A stretch of DNA of 56,601 nucleotides, filler included, from Catajapyx aquilonaris (GCA_000934665.2; 3 parts of 3 records of this genome joined end to end with filler, not necessarily neighbours in it), one strand, 5' to 3'. Counted from the first letter of the whole stretch, positions 11,890-22,804 are shown. Program-made: numbers and translations. The notes: generated by a model from the sequence alone, not told the origin.

Positions 11890-12310
11890 GCAATAAGGAT
11901 GCCTTACAGGATCGATTGTGCCGTGTGAAAAGATAATTTTTATGCATGAAGTGAAACTGTTTTTAAATACGCCCGTTGAGTAGCAAAACTCTGGCCTCTT
12001 CAGTTTGAGAATTTGCAATTCCCGCATTTAAAATTGCCATGATAGGCACTAAGAATCTTCCAGAATTAGTCTCAATTTTTTAGACAATGGCCAATTAGAT
12101 TTTAGGCCTAACAAAAAAATTGGCAATCGTCGTACCATTGCGAATTCTGGAAGGTTCCTAGTGCATAGTATTGCAAATTGTCAACTTTTGAGCCCAGGTT
12201 TTCAATATTAAAAGGACATTTTTTTAAACAGTTTCATGAATTAATAACGTCCAAAATAATCATGTCACACGGCAAAATCAATCCTGCTGGAAGACATCCT
12301 TTTTTACGAT
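11890..12310. mobile_element. Long degenerate foldback (MITE/foldback-type) element
   Basis: AGGATGCCTTACAGGATCGATTGTGCCGTGTGA (about 11896) pairs with TCACACGGCAAAATCAATCCTGCTGGAAGACATCCT (about 12265-12300). Inner arms GCACTAAGAATCTTCCAGAATT / AATTCTGGAAGGTTCCTAGTGC also pair. Confidence 0.6.
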
Positions 12311-13994
12311 GCCCAATTTTGAGTCACATAATTCGCAAACTGAAACTTAAACGAGTTCAATTCTAGTGGAACCTCATGACTACCCTAATCAAATGGGGTA
12401 CAATGGGCCAGCTCGTCTGAACACGTCAGTTGCCAGTTTTAGTTAATCATTATGACTCGAAAAATTGGGCACATTATACTATTAATGCAAATGAGGCAAT
12501 AAAATTTTTCCACACATTCCATAGTCTCCTGGAGCCATTTTCAAGGTTAAAAATTCGAAAATTACCGAATTTCAAACCCTGCTTTTCACCAAGGCATGAT
12601 AAAAAATGGGAATTGCGATAATATGCTTCATCTACAATCCCCCTTGGAACAACACAGGAATTGGCAGGAAAATTGATCATGGAAGAGGTCAGAATGTTGT
12701 GTTTGTCAGGTATGTACTCACCAGAGTTGTAAGGGTGGTCGTCAAGTAGCGCTTCATGTTGACAACACATCCCGATGACCATTTTGACAATCAGCGTCGA
12801 TGGAGACCCGTCTGCAGTCCTCGAACCCAATCAGTGCTGGCCTTCAAGTCGGCGTTGTCTCCCCTAATAAACAATATTCGATATAATATATGCCGCAATA
12901 TTTCACAAGTGCTTGACTGGTTCAATGGCATAGTACGTATGCACAATGCATGCTGTACTATCCCCCAGCAATTAGGGATGCTTACCATATGGTGCAGGCC
13001 CGTCGTCAGAGAGAACCTTCTCAATGGAGCTCCAGGCAGGGAAAGAAAGATTGGGCAGTAGTTCCTACCCCCCATCCACCCACCCCCTTTACACGTCATA
13101 TCTACATCAAAATGCCTTGATTCGATCGGACTAGTCTGATGCAGCTGGAGGATAACACCAGGCTCCAAGGCCTCTTCGCGAGTACAGTGCAATGCCTGAT
13201 GGATTGATGGTCCATTCTTGTTTTCAGAATGACGACAGTAATAATATCTGCATATTGAGCCAAGGTCAGCTTTCGTCACACACAAATCATGTGGTGCATG
13301 ATGTTGCCTCATCCCATCACTTATCTGGACGTATTTTAACCCTGTCTGATAACCTGCTGGTCCAATCGTCCTGTTGGGGATTTTTTAATTAATTAATTAA
13401 TATTATAGTTGTGATACACTTTAATTTATTTGGAGCTGGATGGCTGCGATTCACTGGCATTATTATTGTGTCTCGTCCGCTAAATCCAGCTCGATAGCAG
13501 AGCAATGGCAAAGGATGTCGAGCGACAATCTTTTGACAATAGGAATGGTGGACCTCATCGCTTGTGCTGCACCAACATTTTTTAATGTTGCGATGGCATA
13601 CAGTGGTCAATATCTGAAAAAAGGGCACGAAAGGGCACTAAACCGTTTAAGTACATAAAAACATGCCTCCCCATGTTTTCGGGGTCGCTTATTTCGATTT
13701 TTAAGGTATTTTGACCCTATGGACCCCACCTCCTCCCCAAAAAAACGCCTACTCTAAATTTTTTATAGGATGTTCTCTGTAATAGTTTGCATCCGAGAAA
13801 ACCAGTATTATTTTAGATTTTTTTTAAATAAGATGAAAAAATAATATTCTTCGTAAATTTGCAGAATAAACTCATTAACCATGGTACTCCCTGAGGTCGT
13901 GTGATGTTAGTTTTTTATTGAACTTCCTAATTTTCAAATGACTGAAGGTTTTGACAGACATGTTTCCTGTATGTTTCTGAGCCCTTGGGAGTCA

Positions 13995-14310
13995 GGTAGT
14001 ATTGGTGACGTCATGCGAGGAATCACCAATTGTTAAATCAATATGCTGAATACTGAGTACGCCATCAACACATTTCAAAAAAGTGAGATTATGGTGACCC
14101 GTAAACCAAGGCCTATCATTACTTGGAAAGTGCTCATACCCCTCACGTGGGTTCCTTGCTCTGTCATCAGTACCTGTGCTTTTGCTTCTGCTTTGTGAAG
14201 CCTGATAAGACCCCTTTTCCGACAATATTCATTATTTCTGTTTATCAACCTACATTCTTTTCCGCATTAAGATTGAGCAGCCAATGAAAGCAATAAAATA
14301 TGTCATTCTA
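13995..14310 (+). pseudogene. Decayed internal fragment of a subfamily A IR (S1 to pore)
   Basis: Aligns to about 3353-3700 (GGTGACGTCATGCGAGGAATCACCAATTGT..ACTGAGTACGCCATCAACACATT..GAGATTATGGTGACCCGTAAA..ATTGAGCAGCCAATG) with an in-frame TAA, deletions and frameshifts. Confidence 0.85.
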
Positions 14311-14351
14311 TCTTGTCGAGTGATACAGTCAATGAAATTCTGGAATAAAGA

Positions 14352-14466
14352 AATACCTCATTAATATGGTGGGTTTAGGTTCCAGACCACCTTGTAAATA
14401 AAATAACTTCATAAAGCAAATCACATTGATTTTTTCACTTAGTACATGTAAAAGCTGTTATGTTGA
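14352..14466. mobile_element. Terminal fragment of a pogo/Tigger-like DNA transposon
   Basis: ATACCTC..ATATGGTGGGTTTAGGTTCCAGACCACC..AATAAA..ATAAAGCAAATCACA..TTTTTT..AGTACATGTAAAAG..GTTATGTT resembles the Tigger1 terminus as I recall it; not verified by search. Confidence 0.5.
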
Positions 14467-14791
14467 GCCATTGCACTGGGTATAAAAAGTCAATCAAACC
14501 AATAGTTTTGGCAGTGAAGTAACAATGTTGAGCTTAATAAAAATATAAATGCAGGTCCCAACTCTACATCACCCTATTGCACATCCTCATCTTGGCAGGT
14601 CCTTATATAAGGGAAAGTCCATAATAAATAAATCCTCTAAAATTATCGCAAAATATCTCTGGAATCTCCTCCAATGCAACCAAATCATAATATACCAGCA
14701 GTCCACACCACATGGTTTGCTCCCATATACTATGTCTGTACAATCTTTAAGACTTCCATATTTTCATGACATGGTATCACACATGAATTGC

Positions 14792-16013
14792 CTAGTATGC
14801 ACCATGTGAATTAAATAACTGATTTGTATCAATGTATTTCAATGCCTGGGCAATCTGACGAAACGTTGGTCTCAGCTTCTGATCAGCACCCCAGCATGTG
14901 AGCATTATGTCGTACACTTCTTTTTGACATTTCTGAGGACGGTTCAAGCGCCATCCTGCTCCCAGCCAGTCCAGAAATTGTGGCACACTGCAGTTTAGTC
15001 CCATCACTGAAACATTAAAGTGAGTGCATCTTATGCGTTTGCACAACTTGAATGAAACAACTTGACTGACCTTCTGGGATTGGTGATGCAGCATTGCTGA
15101 ATATCTCATACAACAGGACTCCAAATGACCACACATCTGACTCCGTAGAAAATATTTTAAACTCAATTACTTCCGGAGCTGACCACAGGAATTGTATGGG
15201 ATAGCCATACCTTAGTCGATACATTTTGTCCAGCTGAAAATTACATAACTAATAAATATGTTCCCATCACAATTCATTCATAAATTATTCATAAACGTCA
15301 GTCTATGGAAAGATGCACAATTTTTAAAAAAATTCAGTTACTTTATCACTGCATGACTCGGCAATATTAAAGTTTCAATAAAAAACTCACATCCACTGCT
15401 TGTAAGAGGCCAAAGTCAGTGATCTTGGGAATTAAATTGTCGTCCATCATGACCTTCATTGCTGACAGATGTCCATGGACTACTTTCTTGACTTCCAAAT
15501 ATCGCATTCCATGGCATGTGCCGAGTGATATCTTCATCAGATCCTTGGTATGTAAGTTACTCCCTTCACCTGCAGAAGGTATGAGACTCACAAAAATGTA
15601 ACACTCTAGAATCTACATCGGCGTGAAAGTGAAAATACGGATGTACCTTGAAGAAACTGCTGGAGTTTTCCGACAGGCGCATGTTCCAAAGTTATAGTAA
15701 TATGCCCTGTACGATCACAAGCTGCTGCAATGTACTTCAGAATATTTTTGTGCCTGAGACTTGCCATCTTATCCACCTCTTTCACAACTTTTGCTGGAGT
15801 CATTATCACTAGAATGGATAGCAATAATGCGTTGAATTACTACGTGGCTTGAACAAAAATTACAGACAATTACTTACACACATCCTGAATTAATACTTTG
15901 ACACCTAACAAAGAATTTAAATTATTTTCTCTACATGCGACACCGAAATTTCCATGACGCAGCATGTTTCTGGCAGAAGCCCCAATCAAATCTTCAGTGG
16001 CACAACTTTCCAT
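14792..16013 (-). CDS. Tyrosine-kinase-like pseudokinase; five exons (16013-15878, 15808-15647, 15569-15391, 15233-15071, 15006-14792), 284 aa; further 5' exons possible
   Basis: Canonical GT-AG introns with consistent phases (1,1,0,1) give an 855-nt open frame. Motifs: LRHGNFGV (Gly loop), [30 protein letters not shown] (catalytic loop), [31 protein letters not shown]. Confidence 0.85.
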
Positions 16014-17398
16014 CTTGATATAGAACAAGAACATGTCAGAGTCATCAATATTGGTGGGATCTCAATAATAATGCAAGTTCTCTCATAACTATTAATGCTA
16101 CACCATAAATTACAAGACAGCATTATACTAACCGGGTTGCAAGTTGGATCCAATACGGATATGCAAGATGTGTGTGCCTGGTCATACATACATAGTAATG
16201 CTAAAATCACCCCTCCTGAAAAGAAGATAAAAAATGGCATTAGCACAACATGGCCTTATTACTCTGCAATGCCAAATGACCTACCGACAAAGACACCGCC
16301 CATGTAAGCACATACTCGGAGGTATATTAAAGTCCAACCCACAAGGACTGCCAAAGCTGCATTCAGAAGTAGTAATAAGGTGAACATTTTCCTGCTGATG
16401 TTTCCCAGCAGATTTTTGATCACATTTCTGAAATGCATGGCATAAGTTTTAAAAATAAACATACCGCCATTACTTGCTTTTTAGCAGTGACATAATAAGA
16501 TTATGCCACATAAAATATGTAACATCATTCCACTTTATCCTACACTTTAAGAGAAGATTAATACCTTCACCCATTAAATGAGCTTTCCTGGTAATTTACA
16601 CCGATGAAATGTGACCCAGCCATCAGCAGACTCAATGTGCTGTATCAGCCACAGTCTGCCAGCTGGTTGTCCACTGCATTTCTAAAATTAACACACTGAT
16701 AAGGTCAGCCATGCAGGCATGCAGGCATGGTGTAAACAAAGCTATGAACTATGCCTGTGCAATTAATTTCGTGTTAAATATACTCACAAAACGGCAAACA
16801 CGAAGAAGGAGTGTCAGACGCATGTGGTCCTGCGTATTCAAAGAATGAGGGCCAACTGCTGATAAAGCGACTTTTGTTATCTCTTCAAATGTTTGCCTCC
16901 ACAATGCACCTAGTTGTACTTTGGTCCGTGAGAGGCGACAGGATTAACAAGGAACTACCACCATCTACTAGCCAATTCAAGTAGCTAATAAACCCGCCAA
17001 TTTTAGCTGTGACGCACACATAAATATTAATTACGGTACTTGGAATTGAAGTTGCTAAAGTCAAGTGCTAGCCATGAATGTTGTACTAATTGTCTCATAA
17101 AAGTATGCAAAACTAACCAGTATCTAATATTCCACCATAAAACAATGGAGAAACAACTTGTCCAATATTTCACTTGATGCCCTGAAATCAAAAAATTAAT
17201 ATATTATATCAAAACATATTTTTAAACATTTTATTCGTCCCCATGACTTACAAACCAACGTATAATAGAGTGCTTTCCGCTACATATGCTATCTTATAAA
17301 GCTACCACATTTTCTTCACTATCTGGCTATTATAAGTGAGTTGCAACAATAATATCTGCTATGACAGTAATATGGATAAAATGTGGTGGATTGTTATA

Positions 17399-18807
17399 TC
17401 AGTGTGAGGATGGGTGAGGAGTGACATAAAATTTAGCAAGTTCCGATAAAAATGTGCCTATGCTCACTAATAAACCAAGCGATAGCAAATAAAATGGAGC
17501 GCTCAGGTCGCGTATGGTGAACTTGGCAACCAAAGGGTGGATGTGTGTCGCTTCACTTTTAATAATTTGTGTGCGGGAGTTAAAGAAGTGCATAAAACCA
17601 TAGTCTGAAAACCACTTCTGAATCAAGTGAGCTTGGAAAATGTATTGTTCAAGTTCAATTCCGGTCGGAGCGTACACTTCACCCTTTCCATATCCAGTGC
17701 TCATGAACATGTCAAGGAACTGTTCTGATGGAGGATAAACTACAAGACTTTCCCCTTTGCTATTTACAAATGTGCCAAGCTGTTCATTCGCATACAAGTT
17801 ACTTATTATACAAGCAACATCTCTCTTCAGAGTTTCTCCGATACATGATTTCGCATCGCCAAGGATTGAAGCTTTGTTAAATAATTCTCGGTATACTGGT
17901 ACATATTTGATATCTTTAGTGGCAATTGTACTTTTGACCAAGACGTATTCTATTAAAGTCATTCCCCACTCGAAATTTGAATTGACCAATTCGTGCAGGG
18001 TTGTAGGAATGTATTCATTTGATGGAGAAGTGATAAATCCAACTACTTTGGTCTTATAACCGCAGCATACCACGGTGGCGTAAATCCAGAACATTCCTGT
18101 TATAAATCTAGATAGTGACTTATTAGGCCCTTCCATTGGCTGCTCAATCAAAATGCGGAATAGAAATTCTAAGGTCTGAAGAAAAGAGCCAAACGGCTTA
18201 TATCCAGACAATGTGAAGAACAAGAAAAGTGCACAAGAAATTGTCGTTATTAAAATAGAAAACCACAACAAAGATATATGTGTATGGGTAAATGAGAACT
18301 TTCCAAGTAATAACTGGCCGTGGTTTACGAGTGACCATAATTCCATGAAAGAATACAAAAGGCTGTGACATTTCCAGTGTACCGATTGGAATCTCAGTGG
18401 TCAGCAGTATAAGGGAACATTGCGTAATTCCTCGCAGGATGTCACCCACGCCCCCAGTCCAAGTACCGTTGGGAAACTGGTTCTTAAAATCTCCGTTATT
18501 AACAGCTGTGACAAACACCGAAAGGTTACAGTTCAAATAGTCCTCTGCAAGTAGGAGAGTTCTTTCCACCGGAGGCAAACTCATTGCCTCCCCACGTCTT
18601 ATTTTGTCTCTGACTTCAGTAGTGTTGATTGAATAATAAAAACCGACAGTCACACGATGACCATTGAGGTTCCTGGTCATGTCCGGGAAGAGGTCTCTTC
18701 CCCTGACCTTCTGACCTCGGTAGAGCCCGAAGTCCACGATGTCAGGCTGGCCCCGATCGCAGAAGAAGCAGACGGAGGTGAGCCTGAGTCCCCTGCCCCC
18801 CTGCCCT
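17399..18807 (-). pseudogene. Subfamily A IR with one frameshift, 5'-truncated by the contig end
   Basis: ORFs 18198-18737 and 17399-18358 are consecutive parts of one IR. Removing 4 nt (TATA, 18275-18278) restores KVLIYPYTSLLWF, matching KVLIYPFTPLMWV of the paralogs. The frame is otherwise intact to the stop at 17399. Confidence 0.85.
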
Positions 18808-18907
18808 NNNNNNNNNNNNNNNNNNNNNNNNNNNNNNNNNNNNNNNNNNNNTTAATTAATTAANNNNNNNNNNNNNNNNNNNNNNNNNNNNNNNNNNNNN
18901 NNNNNNN
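18808..18907. other. Artificial contig linker
   Basis: Exactly 44 N + TTAATTAATTAA (stops in all six frames) + 44 N = 100 bp. Confidence 0.97.
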
Positions 18908-19033
18908 AGGATGTAATAACACTCAGTCTGGAATAGAGAGCTAGTGCGACCAGACGTTGCTTGTTGTTCCTGTCCCCCAAACCCCGTACCTTGATACGTA
19001 ACAGGCTCCATATGGACAGGGGTCACAATCGCA

Positions 19034-19435
19034 ATGTGGGCCACCCCTTGGTTGACCATAGCCAACCTGCTGCTGGGGATAGCCATGCTCCTCGTTATGA
19101 TCCGGACCATCACCTCGACATTCGAGTACGTGCGACGGCTGACCCTGGAAGCCGTGGCAGTCGTCGAGGTCACGTCGCAGGAGCTGCTGAGGAAGGGTGT
19201 TGGCGCAGTGGGGACGCCCCTGCAGAGCCTGAGGGTGACGTCTCTCGTCTCCGTAGTCAAGACGTGGGCCTCCCAGACCTTCATCTTAGGACGATGGACC
19301 CTGGGGTACCTCCTGAGCGCCTTCTTCTACGGTTTGGCTCTATTCATTATCAGCTATGTGGTCGGCGCCGCCTTCTACTTTCTGTCTGGTGCAGTGACTT
19401 ACTTCAACGGCTTGGGTGCTGTCAAATCTCAGTGA
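19034..19435 (+). CDS. Unknown hydrophobic multi-pass membrane protein, probably a terminal exon
   Basis: GC-rich 133-codon ORF with several hydrophobic stretches, possible splice acceptor TAACAG near 19004, and AATAAA at about 19451. Confidence 0.45.
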   Translation: MWATPWLTIANLLLGIAMLLVMIRTITSTFEYVRRLTLEAVAVVEVTSQELLRKGVGAVGTPLQSLRVTSLVSVVKTWASQTFILGRWTLGYLLSAFFYGLALFIISYVVGAAFYFLSGAVTYFNGLGAVKSQ

Positions 19436-19603
19436 TTGTCCAACAAAGATAATAAATAATTGTTGTGTATGGATGCAGCAAGAATTTAGTGTTTTATTTC
19501 GGGATGATGGAAATTGTGTCATGGAAGAGTCTGCTTCTAAAGCGCATGTGCCCAGCCTCATGAACGCGTGACGTAGCTCGAAACTCAAAATCTGAAAACT
19601 ATG

Positions 19604-19668
19604 CATGACGATGTGTTGACGGTTGGAAAACTCTCAGCCACATTTGACATAATATGGTTAGTCGGTTT
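19604..19668 (+). pseudogene. Short remnant of a subfamily B IR C-terminus (pre-M4/M4)
   Basis: GATGTGTTGACGGTTGGAAAACTC.CAGCCA.ATTTGACAT..TGGTTAGTCGGTTT matches about 27638-27693. Confidence 0.75.
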
Positions 19669-19683
19669 TCACCAAAACATAAG

Positions 19684-19744
19684 CTTTTGATGGGGAGTTG
19701 GCACAATATTTCACCTGGATCTCTCGCAAATACTCAGATTTATT
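19684..19744 (+). repeat. Conserved intergenic motif, once per IR repeat unit (also 24231-24293 and 28012-28075)
   Basis: CTTTTGATGGGGAGTTGGCACAAtATTTCACCT..GATcTCTC..AAATA.TC..ATT.ATTA occurs three times. Confidence 0.8.
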
Positions 19745-20534
19745 AAATAAGGCATCAGTACTAATTAGCTTGAATAAAATAACTGAAATAAGATCAAAAA
19801 TATTCCCTTCAGTGAAAATAGAGGTAGTAAGACCTCCGTGGCGGAATGAGAGTACTGAAACAAGGAAGGCGCAAGTAAGACCTTCATCAAGGTCTTGCTC
19901 AAGCAATATATTCCAAAGGACGAATAGCTCGTAAAAAATACTACTCCAAACTACTAATAGCAGTATAGGCAGGGTTTTATTTTGGGAAAATTTTGGGACC
20001 CATATTGCCAGACTTTCAAATTTTTCTGTGTTGAAAATGCAGAATCCCATCTACAGAGGCCAACAAATAATTCACCAATATTTACCTCTGCATGTATAAA
20101 AATCTGTAATGATTGCAGTAAAAATCAGCACCAAAAAGATACATTTGTGACAAATGTTTGATGGAAATAAATTCTCACCGATCATTTAGAAATTCAAAAC
20201 ACTCAATAAATTGAAGGTCCTAATTTCAGGAATCACATTTATATGAAGTGCTGGCTTATTGAACTGTTTTCAGAAAGGATAATTTGTGAGAGTTAATAAT
20301 TGTGGAATTGCTCGAGTAAGACCTACGGTACACCTTAAATCAATTGGTGAAGGTCTTACGTGCGCGCGCCTGCCTTGTTCCGGTAATTCCTTTCCGCCAC
20401 GGAGGTCTTACTACGTCTTTTTACTAAAAGGAATTAGGGCTATTTTGCTCTTATTAATATTAAGGAACACAAGTTTTGCACCAATACAAATCTACATGCG
20501 TCGTGTTACGTATAGCTTTAATGCCTTCTGAAAG

Positions 20535-20761
20535 ATAAGAACTGAAAGCATTAGTGCCTCGCACTAGAGTATATGATTTCGCGAAGTGAGCTTTTTCCCT
20601 AACAGCAGGGAAACCTATGCCCCTAAAAAGGCCATTAATAATTACTTGCCCATTTGCGTTGTAGGCTAGCGACAAATGAGTCTTGTACACGTGGCATTTT
20701 TAGTCTAGTGCATGGGTGTCAAGACCTTGGGAGACATTCGGGCCTCAGGAAGTAGGTGACC
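20535..20761 (+). promoter_or_regulatory. Conserved proximal upstream region of subfamily B IRs (also about 25520-25750 and 31110-31277)
   Basis: Shared AAGCATTAGT.CCT, CAGGG.AAC..ATGCCC, AATAATTACT..CCCATTTGCGTTGTAGGC, GACAAATG.GTC.TGTACACGT and TGACCATGGCC start context. Function is inferred from position only. Confidence 0.55.
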
Positions 20762-22804
20762 ATGGCCTTGTGGCAAGCACTGACTCTTTGCTCCGTGATT
20801 ATAATTCATTTTGGAGGTGATGCTGGATCAGAAGCAAATTTTGGTGTTGGGAACTTATCGCTTGCAGTGAATCAGGAAGAAGACAAGCTGGTGTCTCTGC
20901 TGGTCAGGACTCTTCTGACTGAAAGAGATGACCTCAGACAGTGCGGGCTCGTCCTGTCCACAGACAAGACACGATTGGGACAGGACATTTGGGGTCTCCT
21001 CTCGTCACAATGGGACAAGTACCTGACCTCATTCAATCTCCGGATGACCACTTTCCCGTACACATTTCGTGACTTCCCTTGGGTTAAAAGTCAGAAGGAA
21101 ATGCTGGACTTTGCGACTGTCCCTCCGGACATCATGTCCAGGGTTTGGTCCGGACTGACCTGCACCTTTCACCTTCTGTTGCCTTCAAAACCCTCTTCCT
21201 TTGCACAGCTTCTCATGTACACAGCCACAATGGTCAAGTTGGTGCCTGCATACGATCGGTTCCTGATTCATTTCCAATCGAAAAGCTCAGAGAAGGTTCA
21301 CCAGTTGTTGAAATCGCCTCCTGCAAGTGCACTCTGGCTCAAAGTGTCTACAGTGATGGAGTCGGACAAGCTTCGGATGGACACTGTTTGCTTCTTTTGC
21401 GGACACCAAGGACAAACTGAACTCATTCCTCTCGGACACTTCAGCCGACACCACGGTTTTCTTGCTCCTCATTTTAGACCCAATGAACCCAACAAGATGA
21501 ACAATCTAACATATCGGGTGGGTTTTTACCATCTCAGTGTCGATATGGAAGACGTGAGGATGAAGGCAAAGACTCTGGGTGAAATATATTTGACAGACCT
21601 GGAACGCGCTTTCCTCTTGACAGAACAATCCCTAAATGGCCACATTGAATTTTGCTCGAAAGAAGTCACTAGCCCAGAATTAGATCATCGCCTTGAAAAC
21701 GGATCATGGGTTGGCTTATCCGCTGACGTTATTTCTGGGAAGATACGTGGCGCATTCTTTATATTTCTCTCCGAGGAAACCATCCAGTTCCTCTTGTCCC
21801 AAGCTCCCCATTTTTATGCCCACGCGGCATTCTTGACGAGGAAGCCTGGAGGTGTGGTGACATGGAAAGTGGTGTACAGGCCTTACCCACTCTCATTCTG
21901 GATCCCGTTTCTTGTCACACTCGTCTTTTGCTCCGTCGCCACGTGCACTTTGTCACGTCACGTTCCTTCGAGGCAGTCACCATCCGACAGAAGGACTCTG
22001 TTAGGATCACTGAGCCTTGTGGTGAGAACCATGATCGAGCAGCCCATGCCATTTCCGAAAGCGGGTCACTTCCTGGTGCTGGCCTCTTTTCTCCTCTTCT
22101 TCTCAATGGTGGTCATCACCGGATACAAGGCCAAGTTATTCGCATTCCTGACCTACCCTCCCAGGGAATTCGTCCCTGTCAATTTCCGAGAACTGGCTGA
22201 ATCCGGCTGGAAGATCGAGGCTGACCAAATGGAATTCTTCATATTACAAAAATACGGTTCGCTTCAGCAGGATGACCCAGTGATAACCAAGTTAGCTGAG
22301 ACCCTGCAGTTGGGAGGCGGCGTCCAGCATTGCCTGGACAGGGCCTTGAAAGAGCACCTAGCTTGTGCTGGCGTAGACCTGTTCCTGCTTCGAGAAATGT
22401 ATCGCTTCAGAGACACGGCCACTGGGTCACCAACCATCCTGGTCTCTGAGGAGCTGAAGTATCCCACGTACGTTGCGGGAGCCGTTTCCCGTGGAGACAC
22501 AGCTATATACCAATTATCTGCACGAGTCGTCAATATGGCAATGGAAACAGACTTGCCATTCAAGATCCAAGACCACTACACGTACATGCAGTACCTTAAG
22601 TCATTAAAATACATCAGAGCGCAGGAGGCCAAGAAATCCGAGCACGAGGACGACGTGTTGACCGTCGGAAAACTTGCAGCCATGTTTAACCTATGGCTTG
22701 TCGGTTTGGCAGTTTCTCTTGTCGGTTTTGCTTACGAGCAGATAACGGCTCAGATGCGCAAGAAGAAGACGGCAAGACGACCCCCCTGTAAGTTCATACC
22801 GTGA
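20762..22804 (+). CDS. Divergent ionotropic receptor, subfamily B copy 1, 680 aa, intronless
   Basis: ATG in ACCATGG context at 20762. Signal peptide, VCFFCGHQG, S1 NGSWVGLSADVISG, M1 YRPYPLSFW, pore MIEQP, M3 VITGYKAKLFAFLTYP, S2, M4 LTVGKLAAMFNLWLVGL. Confidence 0.92.
   Translation: MALWQALTLCSVIIIHFGGDAGSEANFGVGNLSLAVNQEEDKLVSLLVRTLLTERDDLRQCGLVLSTDKTRLGQDIWGLLSSQWDKYLTSFNLRMTTFPYTFRDFPWVKSQKEMLDFATVPPDIMSRVWSGLTCTFHLLLPSKPSSFAQLLMYTATMVKLVPAYDRFLIHFQSKSSEKVHQLLKSPPASALWLKVSTVMESDKLRMDTVCFFCGHQGQTELIPLGHFSRHHGFLAPHFRPNEPNKMNNLTYRVGFYHLSVDMEDVRMKAKTLGEIYLTDLERAFLLTEQSLNGHIEFCSKEVTSPELDHRLENGSWVGLSADVISGKIRGAFFIFLSEETIQFLLSQAPHFYAHAAFLTRKPGGVVTWKVVYRPYPLSFWIPFLVTLVFCSVATCTLSRHVPSRQSPSDRRTLLGSLSLVVRTMIEQPMPFPKAGHFLVLASFLLFFSMVVITGYKAKLFAFLTYPPREFVPVNFRELAESGWKIEADQMEFFILQKYGSLQQDDPVITKLAETLQLGGGVQHCLDRALKEHLACAGVDLFLLREMYRFRDTATGSPTILVSEELKYPTYVAGAVSRGDTAIYQLSARVVNMAMETDLPFKIQDHYTYMQYLKSLKYIRAQEAKKSEHEDDVLTVGKLAAMFNLWLVGLAVSLVGFAYEQITAQMRKKKTARRPPCKFIP

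Noticed and set aside
13385..13400. Third assembly linker (TTAATTAATTAA)
   Set aside because: No flanking N runs; it sits in natural AT-rich sequence.
20756..20761. GTG start codons for the IRs at 20756 and 31272
   Set aside because: Artefact of alternative-start ORF calling; the ATG two codons later has ACCATGG context and matches copy 2.
17399..22804. One continuous IR supercluster across the gap
   Set aside because: The gap is a synthetic linker between size-sorted contigs, and the IRs on either side belong to different subfamilies.
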